Assembly: GCA_963733195.1 (NCBI GenBank)
Contig: CAVTCR010000007.1
Location: 37,305-101,304, forward strand
Origin: an uncultured delta proteobacterium
GTDB taxonomy: Bacteria; Desulfobacterota; Binatia; Bin18
Reading direction: 5' to 3'
DNA: 64,000 nucleotides
The notes below the pieces were generated by a model. That model was not told where the DNA came from. It searched no databases and saw only the letters and a program-made list of their open reading frames with translations. Position 1 is the first letter of the stretch. Each line of letters begins with the position of its first letter. Below, piece by piece: positions 51,524-62,700 of the stretch. Both the position numbers and the translations under genes were made by a program.

Positions 51524-51914
51524 GCTACCACGAGGGGATCGAAAGGCAAGCCCGCAGCTTGCCCTATGCTAATGAAAGCTTGAGGCAGGGCAGGAAAATG
51601 GGTAGGGTGGGAGACATGGATACCATACCGTTCAAATCGCTTTTCACCGTAGCTGTGATGGTTTGGTGGGTAGGGAGTAGCGGATGCAGCAGTATACAGG
51701 CAACGCCGACGTCCACACTGCCTGCTCAAAGCGCTGCTCTCTCTGAGGGGCAACCTCTGCCGTCGTCTCTTGAGGCACCGATCAGTGTAGAAACGTTTTT
51801 GGCGTTTTGTGACCGTGCGTAGAAAATGAGGTAGAAAGCGAAATAAGAATCTGCCGGTCGGAGAGCCGACCGGCAGATGAACAGAGAGTAGGAGCGAGTC
51901 TATCCGGTCTCTTC

Positions 51915-52325
51915 TTACTTTCCACCGAGGGCACTGCGTAACGCTTGCACCGCCCTGGCGGCATTTGCAGCAGAGCCCGCACGATCCAATTGCGCCAGCG
52001 CCATGCGTTCGGCGTTGCTAATGCCAGCTTGTTTTTGTGCAGCAGCGTCTTTCAGCAACTGTTGCAGCCCAGAGGTGCTTCCGCCTTTTGTCGAACCTAA
52101 CAAGTTGCGCACTTTAGGGTTCGCGAGCAGGTAGAGGTCTTGGGGATCGAGCTTCAGAGCGGTCGAGAGTTTCTCGACGACCTTCTGGCTGGGATGTCGC
52201 ATGCCGCGTTCGAGATAGCCGATATAGTTGGCTTTGACATTGACCTTCTTTGCCACCATTTCTTGCGTGAGACCCAACTCATGACGCCGCTCTTCGACGA
52301 TTCGACCAAAGCTTTTATCTGCCAT
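51915..52325 (-). CDS. XRE/Cro-C1 family HTH transcriptional regulator
   Basis: RRHELGLTQEMVAKKV...YIGYLERGMRHPS. Confidence 0.9.
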   Translation of the reverse strand: MADKSFGRIVEERRHELGLTQEMVAKKVNVKANYIGYLERGMRHPSQKVVEKLSTALKLDPQDLYLLANPKVRNLLGSTKGGSTSGLQQLLKDAAAQKQAGISNAERMALAQLDRAGSAANAARAVQALRSALGGK

Positions 52326-52503
52326 GATGAATTCCTCCTTACTCTCTTTTTTACGATTGAAGTGTTATCACTACTAGCATACTTTTTCTCTAGTGCAAAC
52401 TATATTTTGAGCAGCGGCCGTGTGATGAAGTAGCCGAACTGTGAGAGCGATTGAAGAATGCCTGTCAGTGACATAACCAGGAGTTTTCCTGGGTATGAAA
52501 AGC

Positions 52504-52530
52504 AAAAAGCCCACATTTTTGTGGGCTTTT
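52504..52530 (-). terminator. Intrinsic terminator after tRNA-Val
   Basis: aaaaagcccaca-tttt-tgtgggctttt hairpin with flanking A/T runs. Confidence 0.85.
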
Positions 52531-52538
52531 GAAGAGAA

Positions 52539-52612
52539 TGGTCGCACGGTGACTTGAACACCGGACCTCTTGCATGTGAGGCAAGCGCTCTAACCGACTG
52601 AGCTATGCGACC
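52539..52612 (-). tRNA. tRNA-Val (CAC)
   Basis: GGTCGCA acceptor stem, D arm TAGCTCAGTCGGTTAGAGC, anticodon arm CTTGC-CTCACAT-GCAAG, T arm CGGTG-TTCAAGT-CACCG. Confidence 0.96.
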
Positions 52613-52719
52613 AGAACTGCTTGCTTATCATGGGACTGGAAGCAAAGTAAGAGGGGACAAGGAGGCAACAAAAAAACACATACCAGGGAAAGTCCATGAT
52701 CCACTGTCGGTGAAGTCTG

Positions 52720-53076
52720 TCATTCGGCTGAGGCCGAACTCTCCTTTGTGGGAGAAGACTTCTCTTTTGTGGAGGCAGAACTCTCTTTTGTCGAAGAACT
52801 GGCCGAGGTATCGGACGAAGAACTGGTCGGGGACGTCTCTTTGGTATCACTAGAAGGTTTACTGTCGCTGCTCCCGCTGTCTTTGTCTTTGCTCGTCCCG
52901 TTTTTTGCGTAATCAGTCATATACCAGCCACCGCCTTTGAGGTGGAAAGCAGACTGGGAAATGAGTTTTGTGACTTTCGCGCCGCACGTAGGGCACTTCT
53001 TCAGTGGCTCAGCAGTCATCCGTTGAGTGATCTCAAAATCGCCACATTTCTTACAGGAATACTCGTAGATCGGCAT
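52720..53076 (-). CDS. FmdB family zinc-ribbon protein
   Basis: [12 protein letters not shown]...CPTCG...[13 protein letters not shown] with Ser-rich tail. Confidence 0.93.
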   Translation of the reverse strand: MPIYEYSCKKCGDFEITQRMTAEPLKKCPTCGAKVTKLISQSAFHLKGGGWYMTDYAKNGTSKDKDSGSSDSKPSSDTKETSPTSSSSDTSASSSTKESSASTKEKSSPTKESSASAE

Positions 53077-53122
53077 AGGGTCTAACCTCTCTGATTGCAG
53101 TATAGTAAGCTTTTTCAGAACG

Positions 53123-53449
53123 CTAATCATCGCGATTTTTTTTGTCAACCCGCCGCAACATTTCCATAAGGCTTTGCGTAATCTGTTCAGAGTGCGTCGT
53201 GTAAATTAGAACCTGCTTCTCACGACTCTTCTCGCCGCTGAGGAGTGACAGCGAGGATACAGGGATCTTCAACTGGAACGCGAGAAAACGGAGCAGGGCG
53301 GTGTTGGCTGCACCCTCGACCGGTGGAGCAGTCAGGGCAATCTTGAGGGATTCTCCGTGCAAACCAACCACACGGTTGCTTGCTGCCCGAGGTTGAAGAT
53401 GAATACGGAGACGTATGCCTTGTGTGATGTGTTGCCAGGGGCAGGTCAT
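53123..53449 (-). CDS. yggU: DUF167 family protein
   Basis: [24 protein letters not shown]. Confidence 0.9.
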   Translation of the reverse strand: MTCPWQHITQGIRLRIHLQPRAASNRVVGLHGESLKIALTAPPVEGAANTALLRFLAFQLKIPVSSLSLLSGEKSREKQVLIYTTHSEQITQSLMEMLRRVDKKNRDD

Positions 53450-53465
53450 GGTGAACCAACACAGG

Positions 53466-53765
53466 CTACTTCAGTTGACGGGAAAGATCGAACAAACTCT
53501 GCACCAGAAAGGCTTCAAGAAAGAGCAGGCCAGCGATGAGAATAAACGGCGAGAAATCAATCCCACCAAAACTGACAGGGATGAGACGACGAATCCGGTA
53601 GAGAATGGGATCAGTCGCCGCATGGAGGAAACGAACAATAGGATTGTATGGATCAGGACTGACCCAGGAAATGAGGGCACGAATGATGACGATCCACATA
53701 TAGGTGCGGATTAACATGCCGAGTATCTGTGCCAGTGCACCGAGCAGATTACCGAAAATAAACAT
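53466..53765 (-). CDS. yggT: YggT family membrane protein
   Basis: RALISWVSPDPYNPIVRFL...GIDFSP. Confidence 0.94.
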   Translation of the reverse strand: MFIFGNLLGALAQILGMLIRTYMWIVIIRALISWVSPDPYNPIVRFLHAATDPILYRIRRLIPVSFGGIDFSPFILIAGLLFLEAFLVQSLFDLSRQLK

Positions 53766-53777
53766 GTAGACGACTCC

Positions 53778-54587
53778 TTACCCTTGTCCAAGTTCTTTCG
53801 AGCGACGTGTAGCGGCTCCCACCCCTGCAGCGACAATATCCATGAAGCCACCTTCGGCTAAACGGGATAACCCAGCCAGCGTGGTTCCGCCAGGGGAGGT
53901 GACCATGTCACGGAGTTCCTTCGGAGTTTTTCCGGTCTCCTTAAGCATGGCGACGGCACCCTCGATCGTTTGATAGGTGAGCTGGGCGGCGACCTTCGGA
54001 TCAAGCCCTTCCTGAATACCACCGGCAATCAAGGCTTCGGCAAACAAATAGACATATGCTGGTCCGCTGCCACTCAAGCCAGTGACGGGGTCCAGCAAAG
54101 CTTCGTCTTTGACAGCCAGAGCTTCGCCGACTCCGCGAAACATTGTTACCGTGAGCTTCTCGTCTTTGGGCTTGGCGTTCTTTCCACGGACGACGACGGC
54201 GATACCTTTGCCAAGAAGGGCAGGGGTGTTTGGCATCACTCGGACGACACGAGCGTTACCACCGAGACCGTTTTCTAGACGGCGTAGCGTGACTCCTGCG
54301 GCAATGGAAATAAAGAGCTTGCCTTTTGTCACTTCAGGTTGGATTTCAGCAAGCACTTGATTGAGGATCTGCGGCTTGACCGCCAGAATGATCGTCTGTG
54401 CTGCACGGACCACCGCACGGTTATCATTGGAGCCTTCGACGTTATACGCTTTCTTAAGCTTCTTGAGTTGAGTTGGGATCGTATCACTCGCTATGATCTC
54501 TTTAGATTTGTAGAGCTTAGCTGCAATCAGCCCCTTAATCAGGGCGCCGGCCATGTTCCCTGCGCCGATAAATCCGAGCTTCGTCAT
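53778..54587 (-). CDS. proC: Pyrroline-5-carboxylate reductase
   Basis: FIGAGNMA, VRVMPNTP, GLSGSGPAY, VTSPGGTT. Confidence 0.97.
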   Translation of the reverse strand: MTKLGFIGAGNMAGALIKGLIAAKLYKSKEIIASDTIPTQLKKLKKAYNVEGSNDNRAVVRAAQTIILAVKPQILNQVLAEIQPEVTKGKLFISIAAGVTLRRLENGLGGNARVVRVMPNTPALLGKGIAVVVRGKNAKPKDEKLTVTMFRGVGEALAVKDEALLDPVTGLSGSGPAYVYLFAEALIAGGIQEGLDPKVAAQLTYQTIEGAVAMLKETGKTPKELRDMVTSPGGTTLAGLSRLAEGGFMDIVAAGVGAATRRSKELGQG

Positions 54588-54598
54588 AGTCTTCCTCT

Positions 54599-55288
54599 CT
54601 AGTGCCGTTCGCCAAAGATCGCTCGCCCGATGCGGACGATGGTTGCGCCTTCTTCGATAGCAACTTGATAGTCATCCGTCATGCCCATCGAGAGTTCACG
54701 TAACTCGATGTTGCTACCTTGATACCGGGTGCATTGCTTACGCAACTGCGCCAAGGCGCGAAAATACGGGCGCGACGCTTCGGCGTTTGGTCCAGGAGGC
54801 GGAATTGTCATGAACCCTTCGACGCGGACAGCTGGCAATGCGCTCATGGCTGTTAGGAGAGTCTCGACCTGTTCAGGAGCAATGCCACTCTTGGTGTGTT
54901 CTCCACCCAAGTTGACCTCGATTAAGGTTCGTACCGTTGTGCCAAGCTTCACTGCCTGTCGGTACAACTCCTGAGCAAGCGCGATACTATCTAGTGAATG
55001 GATTAACTGAAACAAACGAATAGCTTCTTTTGCCTTGTTCCGTTGCAAGTGACCAATCAGATGCCAGCGCACTGGTTCGGGCACGAGTGCGATCTTCTCG
55101 CGTGCTTCTTGGACATAGTTCTCACCGATGTCGGTCGCTCCTGCGGCCAACGCTGCACGCACGGCCTCTGGTCCTTTCGTCTTAGCCGCGCAGACAATCG
55201 TAATCTCTTCAGGGCGACGGCCACAGCTTTGCGTAACCTGGGCAACATGCGCACGTATGCGACTGTAATTGGTGGCAATATCGATCAT
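54599..55288 (-). CDS. yggS: PLP homeostasis protein YggS
   Basis: GENYVQEA, WHLIGHLQRNK, LSMGMTDDY, VRIGRAIFG. Confidence 0.96.
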   Translation of the reverse strand: MIDIATNYSRIRAHVAQVTQSCGRRPEEITIVCAAKTKGPEAVRAALAAGATDIGENYVQEAREKIALVPEPVRWHLIGHLQRNKAKEAIRLFQLIHSLDSIALAQELYRQAVKLGTTVRTLIEVNLGGEHTKSGIAPEQVETLLTAMSALPAVRVEGFMTIPPPGPNAEASRPYFRALAQLRKQCTRYQGSNIELRELSMGMTDDYQVAIEEGATIVRIGRAIFGERH

Positions 55289-55897
55289 GCGAGTTGTATA
55301 TCTTTATGGCGATACAACCCAGCAGAACGCAAGACCTCCAACACTTCATCAATTGGAAGTCCAACGACATTCGTATACGACCCCTCGACCTTTTCAACGA
55401 GTGCAGACCCGATACCCTGCACTGCATAGGCTCCGGCTTTGTCGAACGGCTCTCCTGTAGCGAGATAGGAATGAATCTGCTCGTCGGACAGCGGCTTAAC
55501 GGTGACCGTAGTTGTCACTAGCTGATGCGTGATACTCCTGGCCGTTCGCGGCGATCAGAACGAAAGCTGTCATCACCTGGTGAGTCCGTCCTGATAATAA
55601 ACGGAGCATGCGCTTGCCATCCGCATGGTCACGCGGTTTCCCGAGAATCTCGCTGTCGATCACGACGATCGTATCTGCACCTAACACCCAGTGCCCAGGG
55701 TGATTCCGTGCGACTTCTTGAGCCTTTGCTTGCGCAACGCGCAGAGCGTATTCTGCCGGCGCTTCTCCAGCCAGGACATCTTCTGCGGTATTGCTTGGAA
55801 CGACAGAGAATACAACTCCTGCCTGCTGAAGCAGCTCGCGGCGACGTGGAGAAGCAGAGGCGAGGATGAGAAGCGGCTTGTTGTTATGATGTGGCAC
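55285..55897 (-). CDS. maf: Maf family nucleoside triphosphate pyrophosphatase (one frameshift near 55520)
   Basis: ILASASPRRRELL, LGADTIV, GEPFDKAGAY, GSYTNVVGLP. Confidence 0.94.
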
Positions 55898-55960
55898 AGG
55901 TGGAGAATGAAGAATTAAAAATTAAGAATGAAAAATTAAAAAAACGTAAAATTGCTTTCT

Positions 55961-56317
55961 TCATTTTTTGGGTTGAGATCTTGCTTTGGCTTTGTAACGA
56001 CTTTTGTCAGCAAAGAAATCAATCACAAACGTTCGTTTGCGGAAGAGTGCGGAATGCACTGTTCCTTTAGGAATGAAGTAGCTGTCCCCTTTACGAAACA
56101 CATGCTTCTTGCCGCCGATCGTGAGTTCCATCTCACCATCGACTACGATACCCCACTGCTCACCGTGGGCGTGTGGCGCGACCTCACCGATTGGTGCGAT
56201 ATCCATAAACACTAACTGATGGTCCTTCGCTTGTGACAACCAACCTTTCACGCCTTTGAAGGCAATGTCCGCCTGCGGTAACGACGTGATGGTTTTGTGA
56301 AAGGGAGACTTGGGCAT
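55961..56317 (-). CDS. Cupin domain protein
   Basis: PHAHGEQWGIVVDGEMEL...GDSYFIPKGTVH. Confidence 0.92.
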   Translation of the reverse strand: MPKSPFHKTITSLPQADIAFKGVKGWLSQAKDHQLVFMDIAPIGEVAPHAHGEQWGIVVDGEMELTIGGKKHVFRKGDSYFIPKGTVHSALFRKRTFVIDFFADKSRYKAKARSQPKK

Positions 56318-56326
56318 AGAACCTCC

Positions 56327-56400
56327 AGTTAAGAGTGAAGAATGATAAGAACTACCCTTATTTCTTTAACTCTTCACTTTTAACTCTCAACTCTTAACTT
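56327..56400. repeat. Inverted 7-mer tandem repeat arms
   Basis: agttaag/agtgaag/aatgata ... tcttcac/ttttaac/tctcaac/tcttaac. Confidence 0.75.
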
Positions 56401-57426
56401 CCTAAAGTGTGGTATCACTTCCGCCCCAAACTGTTTGATACAGTCGATAACACGCTCGGGAGAAGGACCAAGAGGGAGACGGAAGCGCATGATGACATAA
56501 TCCGCCCCTGCCGCCTCGGTCCATGTCTGGAGCTGTTCAATACAGTCCTTCGGCGAGCCCATCACCAGATACTTTCGCAGTTTATCAATGGTGAAGTCAG
56601 CTTCAGACTGAAATTCATCGTTTGGGGAAAGCAGCTTCCAGCGATAGTAGAAGAGCATTTCTTGCACCCACAGCGGTCCAAAGATCTCTTCGGCTTCTTT
56701 GCGCGTTGGGGCAACCCAACCATCGCGCATTAAGACCACATATGGTTTGCGTCCCGCGGCGGTGGCATGTTCACGATACAGATTCGCCTGCGCGCGCAAT
56801 TTGGCCATTGGCTCCCAGAAGGGAAGAATACCCCAAGCATCGCCAAGCCGACCTGCACGTCTGATCGCTTCGTCATATGCTGCGCCAATCCATAGCGGAG
56901 GTCCGCCGGGCTGGTAGGGCTTGGGTGTCAGCATGATGTTGTCGAACTGATAGCGTTTGCCGTGGTAGGAAAACGGTTCGTGACTGCTCCATGCTTTGCG
57001 TAGGATGTCGATACTTTCCTCGAAACGGGAAAAGCGCTGATTATATGGTTCCCCAAACAAGCGGAAGTAATCAGGATGATAGCCTAAGCCGATGCCGAGT
57101 TTCACGCGACCCTTGGACATCAAGTCAATCATCGCCACATCTTCAGCCAGATGCATAGGGTTGTAATACGGTGATTGCAAAACAAAGGTGCCGAGATCGA
57201 CTCGCGTGGTTCGTGTCGCGTATCCAGCAAGCATAATCAACGGTGGCGGGAACATGGTTTCGGTGCGATGATGGCGTTCCGGCAGAAAGATTCCATCAAA
57301 GCCGGACTGCTCAGCGACAATCCCTTCGTTGAGCAATTGATCACAAAATTTAGCTGACGCTTCAGGCGTCGGTTCCGGTTGATTGTACGGTCCACCGTGA
57401 GTGTCAGGCATATAGCCGATCTTCAT
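56380..57426 (-). CDS. LLM-class flavin-dependent oxidoreductase
   Basis: GFDGIFLPERHH, NPMHLAEDVAMIDLMSKGR, PKPYQPGGPPLWIG. Confidence 0.93.
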   Translation of the reverse strand: MKIGYMPDTHGGPYNQPEPTPEASAKFCDQLLNEGIVAEQSGFDGIFLPERHHRTETMFPPPLIMLAGYATRTTRVDLGTFVLQSPYYNPMHLAEDVAMIDLMSKGRVKLGIGLGYHPDYFRLFGEPYNQRFSRFEESIDILRKAWSSHEPFSYHGKRYQFDNIMLTPKPYQPGGPPLWIGAAYDEAIRRAGRLGDAWGILPFWEPMAKLRAQANLYREHATAAGRKPYVVLMRDGWVAPTRKEAEEIFGPLWVQEMLFYYRWKLLSPNDEFQSEADFTIDKLRKYLVMGSPKDCIEQLQTWTEAAGADYVIMRFRLPLGPSPERVIDCIKQFGAEVIPHFRKLRVES

Positions 57427-57442
57427 GGTAGATTCTCCAGTG

Positions 57443-57533
57443 TAAGAGTTAAAAGTTAAGAGTGAAGAGTTGGGCGTGCAATTCTAGTTTTCATTTTCTT
57501 CACTTCTTCACTTATTCATTTTTCACTCTTCAC
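57443..57533. repeat. Inverted 7-mer tandem repeat arms
   Basis: aagagtt/aaaagtt/aagagtg/aagagtt ... tcttcac/tattcat/ttttcac/tcttcac. Confidence 0.75.
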
Positions 57534-58699
57534 TAATAGGATTTCGGCAATCCCAGCACATGCTCGCCAACGTAGTTGAGAATCATCTCCTGTGAGATCG
57601 GTGCGATGCGAAAGAGGCGAGCTTCACGCCAGTAACGTTCGACATCGTAGTCTTTGATATAGCCGTACCCACCATGCGCTTGCATCGCGCGGTCTGCGGC
57701 TTCACAGGCTGCTTCGGCAGCCATGTACTTGGCGATGTTGGATTCTTTCCCACACTGTTTGTGGTGATCGTAGAGCCAAGCCGCTTTATAGACCATCAGT
57801 TCTGCGGTTTCGAGTTTGGCGCAAGAATCGGCGAGAGGGAATTGGATACCTTGGTTCATGCCGATTGGTCGACCAAAGACAATGCGTTCTTTCGAGTATT
57901 GCACCGCTTTTTCGATTGCCCGTTTCCCCATGCCAATACACTCTGATGCAATGAAAATCCGTTCAGGGTTGATGCCATCAATAATGTAGTAAAAGCCTTT
58001 TCCTTCTTCGCCGATCAGATCTTCCTTGGGGACATACAAGTTGTCGATGAACAACATGTTCGTGTCCACCGATTTGCGACCACATTTATGCAGTTCGCGG
58101 ACTTCAACGGCTTTGGGATCGATGTCTGCGAAGAAGAGACTGATGCCCATCGTTTTCTTATCGACCTGATCGTAGGGCGTAGTGCGAGCGAGCAGCAGCA
58201 TTTTCTTTGATTCTTGGGCTTTGGTGATGAAGACCTTGCGCCCGCTAATCATGTACCCATCACCTTTGCGAGTAGCAAAGGTGGAAATCTGCGTGGTGTT
58301 GGTACCTGCGTCCGGTTCAGTGACAGCGAAGGACACATGAGTCTCACCGCTCAACACTTTTGCCAGATATTTCTGCTTTGCTGCGGCGGTGCCGTATTTG
58401 ATCAGTGGTTCCAAACCGAAGATACCGAGATGCACGGAAGAGCATGCCTGCGTACCACCACCACACTCAGCGATAGTTTGCATCACTAACGCGGCCTCAG
58501 TGATGCCCAGTCCGCTGCCGCCATATTCCTGAGGGATAGTGATCCCGAGATACCCAGCATTAGCAACAGCCTGATAGAAGTCCCAGGCAAACTCGCCGGT
58601 TTCGTCACGTTCTCGCCAGTACTCATCGGGGAAACGTGAGCATAGCGAACGCACTTGTTTGCGAATCTCTTCTTGTTCGTCAGTAAACTGGAAATCCAT
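57533..58699 (-). CDS. Acyl-CoA dehydrogenase
   Basis: FAVTEPDAG, GRKVFIT, RIVFGRPIGMNQ, HGGYGY, VERYWRE. Confidence 0.95.
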   Translation of the reverse strand: MDFQFTDEQEEIRKQVRSLCSRFPDEYWRERDETGEFAWDFYQAVANAGYLGITIPQEYGGSGLGITEAALVMQTIAECGGGTQACSSVHLGIFGLEPLIKYGTAAAKQKYLAKVLSGETHVSFAVTEPDAGTNTTQISTFATRKGDGYMISGRKVFITKAQESKKMLLLARTTPYDQVDKKTMGISLFFADIDPKAVEVRELHKCGRKSVDTNMLFIDNLYVPKEDLIGEEGKGFYYIIDGINPERIFIASECIGMGKRAIEKAVQYSKERIVFGRPIGMNQGIQFPLADSCAKLETAELMVYKAAWLYDHHKQCGKESNIAKYMAAEAACEAADRAMQAHGGYGYIKDYDVERYWREARLFRIAPISQEMILNYVGEHVLGLPKSY

Positions 58700-58919
58700 G
58701 GGGGCCTCCTTCGTCAAGTGTTGCGTATGGCGTAGGACGTGCTAGCGTATTGCGTGTAACGTAAGTCGGCTATGGCGGACCTCAGTGATCATCAGTCCAT
58801 CGTTCCACATATCACGTTCCACGTTTGACGCATCACGTTCCTTACCATTTGCCCTGGCCCTGCCGCAATTCCTCTGATAACTGACAAATGACAACTGAGA
58901 ACTGAGAAGGGAGCGAAAA

Positions 58920-59669
58920 ATGCCCGGACGATTAACCGGAAAAGTTGCTTTAGTATCTGGTGGTGCAAGTGGAATCGGTGCAGCGCATGCGCGCATTTTC
59001 GCAGCGGAAGGCGCGAAAGTTGTCGTTGGAGATATCCAAGACGAGATGGGAAAAGGGGTAGCTGACGGAGTGAATAAGAGCGGAGGAGAGGCCACCTTTG
59101 TCCGTCTTGATGTTTCTAAAGAAGAGGACTGGGCCAATGCGGTGAAAACTGCGGTTGCTCGTTTCGGCAAACTCACAACCCTGATTAACAATGCAGGGAT
59201 TTACTGGCCGCAGGGTGTAGAGGCTGAGACGATAGAGAAATGGAACAAAATGATCGCGGTGAACCAGACTGGAGTTTGGTTGGGAATGAAGGCTGCCATT
59301 CCCGAGATGCGCAAAGCAGGTGGTGGGGCGATTGTGAACATTTCTTCCTTGTACGGCATCATCGGCAGTCCTAGCTCCATTTCCTATCACGCCAGCAAAG
59401 GGGCGGTGCGCATCATGTCGAAAGCTGCGGCTTTGGAGTATGCGCGGCAAGGCATTCGCGTGAACTCAATTCATCCAGGGCAGATTGAAACACCGATCCT
59501 TGCTGGGCTCACGCCGGAACAGAATGAGCAGATCAAAGCTGCTACTCCAGTCGGCCGCATGGGAAAACCGGAAGAGATCGCTTATGGCTCGCTGTATCTT
59601 TGTTCTGACGAAGCGGCGTTCACGACTGGCACCGAACTGATTATTGATGGGGGCTGGTCGGCGCAATAA
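58920..59669 (+). CDS. SDR family oxidoreductase (3-alpha,20-beta-HSD-like)
   Basis: SGGASGIG, NNAGI, YHASK, IRVNSIHPG. Confidence 0.95.
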   Translation: MPGRLTGKVALVSGGASGIGAAHARIFAAEGAKVVVGDIQDEMGKGVADGVNKSGGEATFVRLDVSKEEDWANAVKTAVARFGKLTTLINNAGIYWPQGVEAETIEKWNKMIAVNQTGVWLGMKAAIPEMRKAGGGAIVNISSLYGIIGSPSSISYHASKGAVRIMSKAAALEYARQGIRVNSIHPGQIETPILAGLTPEQNEQIKAATPVGRMGKPEEIAYGSLYLCSDEAAFTTGTELIIDGGWSAQ

Positions 59670-59756
59670 CACGAGACTAGTCAAAGCAAGTCGCAAACAA
59701 GTCGAGAGCAAGTCAAAAGGAAGTCCAGACCCGAAGCGGAAATCTCCAAGGTGGAA

Positions 59757-62700
59757 ATGCATTGCCCAAATTGCGCAACTGAAAATCCGCCAGGTGCCAA
59801 ATTCTGTAACGAATGTGCCACCCCGCTTCCGTTACAATGTCCGTCGTGCGGGACTAGACAATCCTCCCGGCGCCAAGTTTTGCAACGAGTGCGCTACGCC
59901 GCTTCTCTGATAAGTCAAAACAAGTCCAAAATCTAAAATGCCAAGGTCCAAAGTCCAAAGTCTGCAGTTATCGATCCCCGCCCCCTGACCCCCGATCCCC
60001 AGATTGGCGAACGCCGTCAACTTACAGTGATGTTCTGTGACCTGGTCGATTCGACGGCGCTGTCTGCGCAACTCGACCCTGAAGAGTATCGCGAGGTCGT
60101 GCGTGCCTATCAACAAACCAGTGCAGCCGTCATTGAACACTTTGACGGCTATATCGCGCAATATCTGGGTGACGGACTCCTCGTGTATTTCGGTTATCCC
60201 CAGGCGCATGAGGATGATGCCGCACGAGCGGTACGGGCAGGCTTAGACATCATTTCTGCAATCTGTGAGAAGGTTCCCTCTCCCTTGAATGAGACAAATC
60301 CTACGCCTCAGCGAAGGAGGACAGGGTGAAGGGGACCGTAAGGCGGCGTATCGCAATACGACCCTACAAGTCCGAATCGGCATCCACACCGGCCCGGTAG
60401 TGATCAGCGAGATCGGCAGTCCAGAACGACATGAACAACTCGCGCTTGGCGAGACGCCAAACATCGCCGCTCGTGTGCAAGGACAAGCCGTTCCCAATAC
60501 GGTGGTCATCAGTGCGGCAACCTATCAGCTTGTGCAAGGATTATTTGAGTGTCGAGAGTTAGGCACACGGCTACTGAAGGGAATCTCGACGCCACTGTCC
60601 TTGTATCAAATAGTGAGAGAAGAAGCAGCCCAAAGCCGTTTTGAGGTAGCCGTCCGACGTGGTCTGACTCCGCTGGTCGGACGCGAGCATGAAGTAGGGT
60701 TACTCAGTGAACGTTGGCAACGCACCAAACAAGCAGAAGGGCAGGTCGTCTTGCTTGGCGGTGAACCTGGTATTGGGAAATCACGCCTTGTCCAAGTCAT
60801 GCGCGAGCAGGCCGAGCAAGACGCCGCCCTGCGCTTAGAGTTTCGTTGTTCGCCTTATCATCAGAACAGCGCGTTCTATCCGATCATCGACCATCTGCAC
60901 CGCCTCCTGCGATTCGATCAGCACGACTCAGCAGCCGAACGGCTCGGGAAACTGGAACAGACGCTGACCTCCTATCGCTTTCCGCAAGCAGACACAGTTC
61001 CTTTAGTGGCAGCATTGTTGTCTCTGCCGCATCCAGAGAAATATCCGGCTCTCAATTTCAGCCCGCAGCGACAAAAACAGAAGACCCAAGAAGTGTTGGT
61101 CGCCTGGTTGGTAGAAGAAGCCGAACGGCAAGTCCTCTATTGTCCGTGGGAAGACATTCATTGGGCTGATCCGTCCACATTAGAACTGCTCACCCTACTC
61201 ATTGACCAGGTTCCAGCAGCACGGCTCTATCTGTTGCTGACGTTTCGGCCTGAGTTTGTGCCACCGTGGGGAACGCGCTCGCACATCAGTCACCTCACGC
61301 TGAGTCGTCTTGGCCGTGGTCAGGTGACACAGATGATCGAGAGAGTGGCAGGTGATCGAGCCATACCGAGCGAGATGCTCCAGGAAATTATCGCCAAGAC
61401 CGATGGCGTGCCATTGTTTGTCGAAGAACTGACAAAAGCAGTCTTAGAGTCTGTTAAGTTCCAGGAGTCTAATGAGTCGGAGACAAAGAGGTTACTTCAA
61501 GTCATTCCTGCAACCCTCCACGATTCCCTCATGGCGCGGTTGGATCGATTGGGAACAGCCAAAGAGATCGCCCAGTTCGGCGCGACATTGGGACGCGAGT
61601 TCTCACATGAATTACTCCAGGCTATTTCGCCATTGGACGAAGAAGCATTGCAAAAAGGCATTGCACAACTGGTAGATGCTGAACTCATTTACCAACGTGG
61701 AGTGCCACCTCACCGGCAGTACATTTTTAAGCATGCGCTGATTCAAGACGCCGCGTATCAATCGTTACTCAAGAGCCGCCGCCAACAATTGCATCAACAG
61801 ATTGCCCAGGTTCTGGAGGAGCGGTTTGCAGAGATCAAAGCGACACAACCCGAGCTGTTGGCGCATCACTACACTGAAGCGGGACTTATTGAGCAGGCGA
61901 TTCCGTACTGGCAGGCAGCAGGGCAGAGGGCTGTTGAGCGGTCAGCCAATGTCGAGGCGATCAGCCATCTCACGAAAGCTCTGGAGGTGCTCAAGACATT
62001 GGCCGATACTCCCGAGCGCGCCCAGCAGGAGTTGGACTTGCAGGTCATCCTTGGCCCAACTTTGACGGCTACCAAAGGTTGGGCTGCCCCAGAGGTGGAA
62101 AAAACCTACATCCGGGCGCACGAATTGTGCCAGCAGGTGGGAGAGAGCTACTCAGCTCTTCCCAGTGCTGTGGGGGCTGTGGGTATTTTATGCGAACCAT
62201 GGAAAGTTCCAGAGAAGCTCATGAACTGGGAGAGCAGATGTTGACCCTGGCCCAGAGCGTACAAGACCCCGCCCTTCTCATAGAGGCCCACGTAGCGCTG
62301 GGATAGCACTTTGCATTTCTTGGGAGAATTCATTTCAAGCCGGAGAGCACTTTGAGCAAGGAGCTACCCTCTATGACCCCCAGCAGCACCGTGCTCTGGC
62401 TTTCTTCTACGGCGGGGCTGACCCTGGGGTGTATTGCCTCTCAGGTGTAGCTCTAGCCCTCTGGTCTCTTGGCTATCCAGACCAAGCCCTAAAGAGAAGC
62501 CAGGAAGCTCTGAGTTTGGCCCAAGAGCTAGCTCACCCCCATAGCTTGGCTTTTGCCTTGGGTTGGGTGCTAGAGTCCAACAATTCCGTCGGCAGGCGCA
62601 GGCGGCCCAAGAGCGGGCTGAGGCCGCCATGTCTCTCTCGACCGAGCAAGGGCTTTCGTTCTGGTTAGCATTGGGGACAATCGTGCGGGGATGGGCTTTG

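Noticed and set aside
52539-52612. tRNA-Val as integration site of the defence island
   Set aside because: No integrase and no duplicated tRNA 3' end seen; two ordinary genes separate it from the island.
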